DNA of 64,000 bases, taken from an uncultured Acidobacteriota bacterium (GTDB taxonomy: Bacteria > Actinomycetota > Acidimicrobiia > Spongiisociales > ZC4RG35). Shown piece after piece: positions 50,390-57,941 of this stretch. The translations under genes were made by a program, and so were the position numbers. The notes beneath the pieces were generated by a model. The model had not been told where the DNA came from and ran no database searches. It saw only the letters and a list, made by a program, of their open reading frames with translations. Where the stretch lies: positions 448,001 through 512,000 of the forward strand of contig CAWHEU010000022.1 in assembly GCA_963828465.1 (NCBI GenBank). Reading direction: 5' to 3'. The first letter of the stretch is position 1, and every line of letters begins with the position of its first letter.

Positions 50390-50848
50390 CTAGGCGACGA
50401 CCTCCACCAAGGGCCGTGTCGTCGCCTCGACGCCACCAAGGGCGACGAGACCCCCGACCCGCACGATCGGAGCGTCCGGGTCGTCCACCGGCCGGGTCAG
50501 ATCCTCGATACGACCTGCCGCGACGGTCCCATCGAATACGACCTTCCAACCGGGCGGGACCACCAGGCTCAAACCGCCGAAAGCCACCAGGATGTCCAGG
50601 TAGATCCCGGTCGGAGCGGGGACCACCCGGCGCAGGTCGATCAGGGTGCCACCGAACAATGTCGTGACCTTGCCCCCGAAGAAGGGGTCGGCAGCCGAGA
50701 TCAGCTTTTCGCCGCCAAAGATGTTCACCAGATCGATTTCCTCTGTCTCCTCCGTGGCATGGGACTGGAGGAGTAACTTGGCTGCCAGCGCGGCACCGAG
50801 AAGGGCGACGACGGCATACCGAACGAGCCGAAAGATGAGACCGAGCAT
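50390..50848 (-). CDS. LiaF-like membrane-anchored protein
   Basis: N-terminal TM; IFGG...LFGGTLIDLR...FGG..LVVP.GW pattern. Confidence 0.7.
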   Translation of the reverse strand: MLGLIFRLVRYAVVALLGAALAAKLLLQSHATEETEEIDLVNIFGGEKLISAADPFFGGKVTTLFGGTLIDLRRVVPAPTGIYLDILVAFGGLSLVVPPGWKVVFDGTVAAGRIEDLTRPVDDPDAPIVRVGGLVALGGVEATTRPLVEVVA

Positions 50849-50857
50849 TTTTGTACC

Positions 50858-51460
50858 TTACGTCGGCAGACGCTCGCCGGCTTCCACGCCGAGCCCCAGG
50901 TGGTTGCTGGCTGGGGCCAGCGGGCAGGACCACCGGCTCGAGTGCACGCACGATGGGTGATAGGCGTAGTTGAAGTCGAGAACGATCAGATCGCCGTCGT
51001 GGCCGAGGTCGGCGCCTTTCACCGTGTCGAGGAGATAGCGACCTCCGCCGTAGGTGGTGTCACCGTTCCCTGCGTCGCGAAAGGGGAGGAAGATCCCACC
51101 GCCGTAGGCATCCAGCCACAGCACCTCGAGCCGGCACTCCTGACCGGCCAGTTCGAAATCCACCGTGCCAATTGTGAGGAATCGTGTCGAGCCTTCTCCG
51201 GAGTGGTCGAGAACGGCCGCCTGGTCGTCGATTGGCGTGAAACGACCGGTCGTCCGCCATTTGGAGTCGTGGTCGTAATAGGGGAGACCTGTGAACGATT
51301 CCCCGTCTTCGATGGGCGATTGCGGATGATTGGCGAAGAGCGCATCCCGAGCGGCGACCCAATCCTCCCACGGGCCAGGTCCGGCACCACCCTCTCGCGC
51401 CAGCCGGTACATGTCGTTGACGCGCCGTCTGTAATCCCAGAGATCGAGCGTCTCGCTCAC
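50858..51460 (-). CDS. DUF1684 domain protein
   Basis: HPQSP, FLPFRD, TYGGGRY, LDFNYAYHPSC, CPLAP..N.L. Confidence 0.88.
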   Translation of the reverse strand: MSETLDLWDYRRRVNDMYRLAREGGAGPGPWEDWVAARDALFANHPQSPIEDGESFTGLPYYDHDSKWRTTGRFTPIDDQAAVLDHSGEGSTRFLTIGTVDFELAGQECRLEVLWLDAYGGGIFLPFRDAGNGDTTYGGGRYLLDTVKGADLGHDGDLIVLDFNYAYHPSCVHSSRWSCPLAPASNHLGLGVEAGERLPT

Positions 51461-51469
51461 CGCCTCAAC

Positions 51470-51507
51470 TTAATTGCCTTGACGTTTCGCCCTCGGGCCG
51501 CCAATCT
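51470..51507 (+). promoter_or_regulatory. WhiB7-type promoter: AT box, -35 and -10
   Basis: TTAATT-gcc-TTGACG-17 bp-CAATCT. Confidence 0.7.
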
Positions 51508-51533
51508 TGCGGCGTCGAGAGAATGAGGCAGCT

Positions 51534-51644
51534 ATGAAGCAGCGGATGACGAATCCCAACGGAACCCCAGGGCTTTTCGACGCGTCCGTTTCCGCTGCCG
51601 GCGACGACGTGCCGAACACCCGAAGGCGGCCTCTGATCACATGA
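51534..51644 (+). CDS. Leader peptide (uORF) of the whiB7 attenuator
   Basis: 36-codon ORF MKQRMTNPNG...TRRRPLIT* between the promoter and the terminator. Confidence 0.62.
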   Translation: MKQRMTNPNGTPGLFDASVSAAGDDVPNTRRRPLIT

Positions 51645-51674
51645 TGTGACATTCCAGCAACTGTCTGTTGTGAG

Positions 51675-51705
51675 GCCGCCGGAGAACCCGGCGGCTTTTT
51701 GTTTT
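51675..51705 (+). terminator. Attenuator terminator upstream of whiB7
   Basis: gccgccgg-agaac-ccggcggc followed by tttttgtttt. Confidence 0.85.
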
Positions 51706-51737
51706 CCGCCCACGACACGACAAAAGGACTCGACCAA

Positions 51738-52052
51738 ATGAAAACCCATCTAAGACAACTGCAAGAGCTCGGACGATGTAGCAGCGAGGGCAGCCATGAG
51801 CTGTTCTTCTCTGAGAAGCCCGCGGAGTTGGCTGCAGCGCAGCGAATCTGCGGAACTTGCCCCGTCCGGGTCCAATGCCTCGAGATCGCCCTGCGCGATG
51901 GTCACGAATGGGGGGTATGGGGTGGTGTCATCTTCTGGGATGGCCAGCCCTACCACCGCCGTCGTACCAGGGGTCGTCCCCGTCGATCCGAAGCCGGGTT
52001 ACCAATCGAGGCAGATACCCGTGAGCTCTGGGAGCAGGTGAAGTCAGCCTGA
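51738..52052 (+). CDS. whiB7: WhiB7/WblC-type transcriptional regulator
   Basis: Four Cys (C...C..C.....C), WGVWGG turn, C-terminal RGRPR AT-hook; AAAGGA RBS. Confidence 0.82.
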   Translation: MKTHLRQLQELGRCSSEGSHELFFSEKPAELAAAQRICGTCPVRVQCLEIALRDGHEWGVWGGVIFWDGQPYHRRRTRGRPRRSEAGLPIEADTRELWEQVKSA

Positions 52053-52054
52053 GA

Positions 52055-52987
52055 TCAGGAGACCGCCAGCTCCCGGAGACCTCCGGGAGTGGACGGATGA
52101 CGCATCTTGGCGAGGGCTTTGGCCTCGATCTGACGGATGCGCTCCCTTGTCACATTGAAATGTCGTCCCACCTCGTCGAGAGTGGCCGGCTCCTGATTGC
52201 CAAGGCCGTAGCGCATCTCGATGATGGTGCGCTCCCTGTCGGTCAGACGCTCCAGGACGAATTGAAGGTTCTCGATGTTGAGCTTGGAGGCGATCAGCTC
52301 GAAGGGAGCGGCGGCCTCTAGGTCCTCGATGAAATCACCGAGCATGGCGTTGTCGTCGCCGACCGGCTCGAAGATCGAAACCGGCTCGGGGGCGACCTTT
52401 CTCGCCTCGCGGATCTTGTCGACAGTCAGACCAGACTCTTCGGACAGCTCGTCGTCGGTCGGCTTGCGGCCGAGACGTTTCGTCAGATTGGCCTCGGAGC
52501 TCTGCATCTGGGAGATGGTGTCCATCATGTGGACCGGGACCCGGATGGTCCGGCTCTTGTCGGCGATGGCACGGGTGATCGCCTGTCGGATCCACCAGGT
52601 GGCATAGGTGGAGAACTTGAAACCTTTGCGGTACTCGAACTTCTCGACCGCGCGTATCAGGCCCAGATTGCCTTCCTGAACCAGGTCGAGGAAGGGGAGA
52701 CGGGCGTGCCCGTAACGCTTCGCAATGGAAACGACGAGGCGGAGGTTGGAGCGGATGAAAGTCTGTCGGGCTTCTTCGCCGGCACGGACCATCTGGGCCA
52801 GCTGGCGGCGCTTGGTCTGGTCCTTCTCGGACTCGAGTGCCAAATCGGCCTTCCGCCCGGTTTCGATGGCCTTGGCCAACCGGACTTCGTCCTCGGCGGT
52901 GAGCAGGTTGAACAAGCCGATCCCGTCCAGATACTGGCGGATCGCCTCGTCACTTACTTCACGTTCGATGGAGCTGCTTCTACCCAT
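52055..52987 (-). CDS. Sigma-70 factor, RpoD-like, lacking region 1.1
   Basis: [49 protein letters not shown]. Confidence 0.92.
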   Translation of the reverse strand: MGRSSSIEREVSDEAIRQYLDGIGLFNLLTAEDEVRLAKAIETGRKADLALESEKDQTKRRQLAQMVRAGEEARQTFIRSNLRLVVSIAKRYGHARLPFLDLVQEGNLGLIRAVEKFEYRKGFKFSTYATWWIRQAITRAIADKSRTIRVPVHMMDTISQMQSSEANLTKRLGRKPTDDELSEESGLTVDKIREARKVAPEPVSIFEPVGDDNAMLGDFIEDLEAAAPFELIASKLNIENLQFVLERLTDRERTIIEMRYGLGNQEPATLDEVGRHFNVTRERIRQIEAKALAKMRHPSTPGGLRELAVS

Positions 52988-53143
52988 GACTCGGCCTCCA
53001 GCCAGGGTAGGAACACCCCTGGCCACTCTTTGGGATTGTCGATACCTGTATCGGCAGTTATCCCCACAATGTTGAATGGGCTCAGGGACTCATTTCTCGT
53101 AGACTTTCGCGGTCCCACCACGGCGCTTCGAGGGCCGGGTCGC

Positions 53144-53217
53144 GGGCGTTTAGCTCAGTTGGCTAGAGCACTGCCCTTACAAGGCAGGAGTCGGGGGTTC
53201 GAGTCCCTCAACGCCCA
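53144..53217 (+). tRNA. tRNA-Val (TAC); CCA not encoded
   Basis: GGGCGTT/AACGCCC acceptor stem, ctgcc-CTTACAA-ggcag anticodon arm, GGTTCGAGTCC T-arm. Confidence 0.95.
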
Positions 53218-53220
53218 CCG

Positions 53221-53874
53221 GTGAAGCAGCCACATCGATCCGACCCCGACTTCATTGTGTTGCACACCCTGCGGTGCATCGGGGTCGCCGGCGAGGAAAG
53301 GGTGGCGGAGGCCTCCGGATTGGAAACCGGCGAGACCGTCATCTACTTGCACGATCTACTCGACCGCGGCCTGGTCACACTCGACCCTGGCCCATTCGGG
53401 GGTTGGGGCGTGACCGAGAGCGGTCGCATCACCGACGAGGAATTGGCCCGGAGCGAGCTCGACTCCGAAGAAAGCCGAATTCATGTGCTCAGGTCCTACG
53501 AATCCTTCCTCGGGCTCAATCCTGCCCTCCTGGATACTTGTGGTGACTGGCAGATGCGAAGGTTCGGCAGCACGCCGATGCTGAACGATCACACCGACCC
53601 CGACTACGACGCCAAGGTGCTATCCCGCCTGATCCGCATCGATGCCTCGGCGCAGCGGATTTGTACCGATCTGGCGAGTCGCCTGATGCGATTCGGTCTT
53701 TACGGCACACGCCTCACGACTGCACTCGAGCGCGCCCTCGCCGGCAACATTGCCTACGTCACCGACACCCTCGATTCGTATCACTCGGTGTGGTTCCAGC
53801 TCCATGAGGATCTTCTGGTCACGCTCGGGATCTCACGTGAGGAAGAGCGAAGGACCTCGTCAGGATCGGCGTAG
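53221..53874 (+). CDS. Conserved actinobacterial protein with winged-HTH-like N-terminus
   Basis: VLH.LR..G...L..L...GLV...W..T..G; C.DWQ; DSYHSVWFQLHEDLL. Confidence 0.7.
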   Translation: MKQPHRSDPDFIVLHTLRCIGVAGEERVAEASGLETGETVIYLHDLLDRGLVTLDPGPFGGWGVTESGRITDEELARSELDSEESRIHVLRSYESFLGLNPALLDTCGDWQMRRFGSTPMLNDHTDPDYDAKVLSRLIRIDASAQRICTDLASRLMRFGLYGTRLTTALERALAGNIAYVTDTLDSYHSVWFQLHEDLLVTLGISREEERRTSSGSA

Positions 53875-53918
53875 TAGCAGCCAGAATACGCCGGCGACCA
53901 CCGCCGAGCCCAGGCAGA

Positions 53919-54992
53919 TCAGCGGACGAGGAACCCCTTGCCGAGCTCGTCGCTTGGGTCCAGCCACAGCTCGCTGCGACCGGTGATGTGAGCAGTCCCG
54001 GTCACCTCGGGAATCACTGCCGGGATACCGCCGACGTCGGTCGTCTCCACCACCCGACCGGTGAAAGTGCTCCCCAGGATGCTTTCGACTGTGATCGACT
54101 CGGCGGTCGCCACCTCACCTCGGGCGTGATGAATGGCAAGACGGCCGCTGACTCCGGTGCCGGTGGGAGAGCGGTCGACTTCTCCATCGGCGAATATGCA
54201 CACGTTCCGGGAATGGTGCTCCGGATTCTGGGCCGGGCCGACAAAGATCACGCCATAGAGAAAGCCGAGGCCGGGCTCCAGGGGGTGCTCGATCGGCCCT
54301 GAGTCGACGACCGCCTGCTTGATGGCTCGTCCCGCCTCGATGAGCCGGGGTGTGCTCGACGGATCAATCGAAAGCCCGAGATCTGCGGCCGCCACGTAGG
54401 CGTAGAAGGCACCCCCGAAGGCCAGGTCGTACCGAACCCTCCCTAGCCCGGGGACATCGATGTTTTGGTCCAGGGCGGCGACGAACGAGGGCACATTGCG
54501 GAACGACACCGACTGGACGACCCCGGCCGTGATCTGGGCGGTGGCCTCGATCTGGCCCGCCGGCGTGTCGATTCGAATCACGGTCTCCGGGGCTTCCCCC
54601 GGGAGCATGCCGGTGTCGAGCACGACCTTGGTCAGGGCGATGATGCCGTGCCCACACATCGTGGAGAACCCGTCGTTGTGGATGAAGAGGACCGAGATGT
54701 CGCTCGAAGGGTCCACGGGAGGACCGACGAAGGCGCCGTACATGTCGGGATGACCCCGTGGCTCCCACATCAGGCTGCGCCGCAAGTCATCGAAATGAGC
54801 CTCGGCGAACCGGCGGCGCTCGAGCATGGTTGCCCCCTGGATATCGGGGATGCCCTCGACGACCACCCGAAACGGCTCCCCTCCGGTGTGGGAATCGATG
54901 GCCACCACTCGTCGCCAATCCGGTGGCGGCTCCCAGCCCAGCGGCGCTGTCAGGTCCAAGCGTGTGAGCCTAGGAGGAGGAAGGTTGGCCAC
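53919..54992 (-). CDS. Proline racemase family, probable trans-3-hydroxy-L-proline dehydratase
   Basis: DSHTGGEP, EPRGH, STMCGH and DRSPTGTG (Cys/Thr catalytic pair). Confidence 0.85.
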   Translation of the reverse strand: MANLPPPRLTRLDLTAPLGWEPPPDWRRVVAIDSHTGGEPFRVVVEGIPDIQGATMLERRRFAEAHFDDLRRSLMWEPRGHPDMYGAFVGPPVDPSSDISVLFIHNDGFSTMCGHGIIALTKVVLDTGMLPGEAPETVIRIDTPAGQIEATAQITAGVVQSVSFRNVPSFVAALDQNIDVPGLGRVRYDLAFGGAFYAYVAAADLGLSIDPSSTPRLIEAGRAIKQAVVDSGPIEHPLEPGLGFLYGVIFVGPAQNPEHHSRNVCIFADGEVDRSPTGTGVSGRLAIHHARGEVATAESITVESILGSTFTGRVVETTDVGGIPAVIPEVTGTAHITGRSELWLDPSDELGKGFLVR

Positions 54993-55024
54993 AGCCGGGC
55001 ACTACCCTCCCGTGCCGAATGGAG

Positions 55025-55726
55025 ATGACGAGCCTTGCCGATCTGCTCGATGTGCAAGATCTAGATCTTCAGATCGATCGTCTCCTCGCCAGACGGCAGT
55101 CTCTTCCCGAGCTCGATGCATACAAGGACGCCCACGAGCGGGAACAGGAGCTAACGGCCGAGATCAAGACGGCGGCCGGTGAGTTGAAGATTCTCGAGCT
55201 CGAGTTCGACAAATCGGAAGGCGAGCTCCAGATGCTCGAGGCCAAGCTGACCGAGCACGAGACCAGGCTGTTTGCCGGCGGCATGAGCGCCCGGGAGACC
55301 GAGCACATGCGGCTCGAGGTGCAGAGCCTGCATGGCCAGCAGGAGGCATTGGAGGAGAGGGTTCTCGCCATGCTGGAGCGCCTCGACCCCGCCCGGGAGC
55401 ACGTCGCCGGACTCGAGGCCCGCCGTGATGCCACCATTCAGGAAAAGGCAGGGCACGAAACCGCCATCAAGTCGGAGTGGAAGCTGATCGACGCCGAGCT
55501 GGCTCGCAAGGAGGAGCGCAAGGCGGAAGCCCTCGTCCCCGTGCCCCCCGACCTCGTCGAGATGTACGAGACACTCCGACGGTCGAAGGAGGGCGTGGCG
55601 ATCGGTCGATTCGAGCATGGTGTCTGCGGAGGGTGTCACATGACGTTGTCGCCGGCCGAGCAGAACGAGGCATTCCAAGCCGACATCCCCCGATGCGTCC
55701 ATTGTCGGCGGATCCTCGTCGCCTGA
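55025..55726 (+). CDS. Coiled-coil protein with C4 zinc ribbon (DUF164-like)
   Basis: LL.VQ.LD..I, long coiled coil, CGGC...CVHCRRIL. Confidence 0.85.
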   Translation: MTSLADLLDVQDLDLQIDRLLARRQSLPELDAYKDAHEREQELTAEIKTAAGELKILELEFDKSEGELQMLEAKLTEHETRLFAGGMSARETEHMRLEVQSLHGQQEALEERVLAMLERLDPAREHVAGLEARRDATIQEKAGHETAIKSEWKLIDAELARKEERKAEALVPVPPDLVEMYETLRRSKEGVAIGRFEHGVCGGCHMTLSPAEQNEAFQADIPRCVHCRRILVA

Positions 55727-55729
55727 GCC

Positions 55730-56269
55730 ATGCTCTTCTGGCACCTCGGGGCCACCCTTTGGTTGTTCCGGTGGATTTTCCGGGATCCGAAGGTGGACGT
55801 GAGATTCCTCCTGACGGGGGCGGTCTTCCCGGACGTCGTCGACCTCGTCGTCGGCACCGGGATCATGGGCGGATCGCTCGCCATCGGAGAGCTCTGGGCC
55901 CACACACTCCTCGCTCCCAGCCTCTATATGGCCGGGGTGCTCCTCTTCACAAGGCGTGGCCGGCGTCGTCGTGCCTTCATGGCGTTCGGGGTGGGGTGGT
56001 TGTTCCATATCCTCCTCGATGGCATGTGGACCGATCCCGAAGTCCTGTTCTGGCCTTTCTTCGGCTGGGAGATGCCGGCTGGAGCCGCGCCGTTCTGGCC
56101 GCAAGCCTGGGAGCGGGCCATGGGTGACCCCTGGCGATGGGTCCTCGACGCCATCGGTCTCGGCTATCTGATCTGGCTTTGGTTCGCCACCGGTCTCAAT
56201 CGAAAGGACCGTCGCGACGGACTTTGGCGGACTGGGCGTATTCCCGACCTGGTGGGTCAGGATGCGTAG
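55730..56269 (+). CDS. Membrane-bound metal-dependent hydrolase family protein
   Basis: WH, GAVFPDVVD, AHTL, HILLD, LFWPF. Confidence 0.78.
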   Translation: MLFWHLGATLWLFRWIFRDPKVDVRFLLTGAVFPDVVDLVVGTGIMGGSLAIGELWAHTLLAPSLYMAGVLLFTRRGRRRRAFMAFGVGWLFHILLDGMWTDPEVLFWPFFGWEMPAGAAPFWPQAWERAMGDPWRWVLDAIGLGYLIWLWFATGLNRKDRRDGLWRTGRIPDLVGQDA

Positions 56270-56915
56270 AGCCCTCGCCGTCGTCTTCCTCACCCTGGCC
56301 GCCTGCTCGGGTGGGGGAGCCACGACAACCGTGACAATCGGCGAGGGTGCATCGGATCCGGTCGCTGCCGTCGAAGAGTTGCAGGGGCTACTGGCCCAGG
56401 GAGACTTCGGGGCGGCAGGCTCGCTGGCCGTTCCCGGTCAGGCAGTGCTCGCGTCCTTGGGTGAAGGAGCGACTCCCTCGGCGGTGGCGGCATCACTGGA
56501 GAACGGCGACGGTGAGGTGGCAGCCAACTTCTGGAACGGCTTTGCCCAGGGCGTTGGAGACGCATTCGCCGGCGAGGTGACCGTCGAGGATCTGGGCACC
56601 ACCAGCGAGGAGGGGGTGGAGTTCTTCGTTGTCGGGGTAACACCCGAAGGGGGTGACCAGCGGGTGATGATCACCCGTGATGTCGGCGGCCAGCGGGTCG
56701 ACCTCTTTGCCACGTTCGGTGCCGGTCTGGCGGAGGGGATGATGGGGCCGGTGGAGTTGTTGCTCGGCTCCTCCAACGACGACTCGCAGCTGATCCTGAG
56801 CGCCCTCCAGGACGTGGTCCCCTCGTTGTTGGTGGCAGCCAACGACGAGAGCCTGTCACCTGATTCGGTGCAACGGATCCTGCAACTGGTGGAGCTGATC
56901 ACCAGAGTCGGCTGA
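56262..56915 (+). CDS. Hypothetical lipoprotein
   Basis: Signal peptide with LAAC lipobox; overlaps the upstream stop. Confidence 0.72.
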   Translation: MRRALAVVFLTLAACSGGGATTTVTIGEGASDPVAAVEELQGLLAQGDFGAAGSLAVPGQAVLASLGEGATPSAVAASLENGDGEVAANFWNGFAQGVGDAFAGEVTVEDLGTTSEEGVEFFVVGVTPEGGDQRVMITRDVGGQRVDLFATFGAGLAEGMMGPVELLLGSSNDDSQLILSALQDVVPSLLVAANDESLSPDSVQRILQLVELITRVG

Positions 56916-56921
56916 ACAGAC

Positions 56922-57896
56922 TCAGCCTTTCAATGCCGGCACTACCTCACTCCCCAGGAGCTGGATCAGAGCGGGCTGGTCCAGGGCGGCCATCTGGAAG
57001 GTGACGATGTCGGCGTCGAGGTCCCGGACCAGTGGGAGATATGCCTCGATTATCTCGTCTGCCGTGCGGACCCTCGTGTACCGACCCAGGATCTCCTCTC
57101 GGGGCATGGCGTCGGCCATCTCTCTCAGCTCCGCTGGGTCCACCGCCTCCAACCTGCCCGGTGCCCGCAGGCCTCGCCACGGGAAGATCGCCTCCCATGC
57201 CTCCTCTTCGTCCCCGGCGAAGATCGACCATCGGGTGGCGAGGACGATCGGATTCGGTTGCCCTTGGGCAAGGGCGGCCGCCCTCAGCGGGTCGATGACT
57301 TTCTCCACGGTCTCGGCGGGGTCCTTCACCGATGTGATGACACCTTGGGCCGACTCTCCCGCCAGTGTGGCCGACTTGGGGCCTCCCGCGGCGAGAAGAA
57401 TGGGGACCGGGCCGATGCGTGGGGAGTAGAGCTTGGCCCGATCGGTCTGGTAATAGGCGCCCTCGTAGGTGAGTTTTTCGCCATCCAACAGCCGGCGCAT
57501 GATCTCCAAGGCTTCGGTCATACGGGCATTGCGTTCGGCGTAAGCGGGGAACTCGTATCCCAGCGGTCCCTCGTTGATGTTCTCGCCTGTCCCGACACCG
57601 AGGACGAAGCGGCCACCGGAAAGGCGGTCCAGGGTGGCGGCGGCTTGGGCCACCACTCCGGGGTGATACCTGAACAGGGGGGTCGTGACTCCAGTGATCA
57701 GTTGAACCCGCTCCGTGGCCTGGGCCATCGCCCCGATCGTCGAGAAGGCGAACCCGGACGCCGACACATCGTCGACCCAGGGGTGGAAGTGCTCCGATAT
57801 GACGACAGCATCGAACCCCGCCGCCTCGGCGTGGACAGCCTGTTCGACGAGCTCCTCAGGGTGCCACTGCTCGTGTCCACAGAAGTAGGCGAACAT
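56922..57896 (-). CDS. F420-dependent LLM-class oxidoreductase (G6PDH-like family)
   Basis: HEQW.P, SEHFHPW, TGVTTP..RYHP.VVAQA.ATL, GVGTGENINE. Confidence 0.88.
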   Translation of the reverse strand: MFAYFCGHEQWHPEELVEQAVHAEAAGFDAVVISEHFHPWVDDVSASGFAFSTIGAMAQATERVQLITGVTTPLFRYHPGVVAQAAATLDRLSGGRFVLGVGTGENINEGPLGYEFPAYAERNARMTEALEIMRRLLDGEKLTYEGAYYQTDRAKLYSPRIGPVPILLAAGGPKSATLAGESAQGVITSVKDPAETVEKVIDPLRAAALAQGQPNPIVLATRWSIFAGDEEEAWEAIFPWRGLRAPGRLEAVDPAELREMADAMPREEILGRYTRVRTADEIIEAYLPLVRDLDADIVTFQMAALDQPALIQLLGSEVVPALKG

Positions 57897-57941
57897 GGGC
57901 AAGAGCGATCCTTTCCGTGCGAGAGCGGGATCTTGCCAGGT

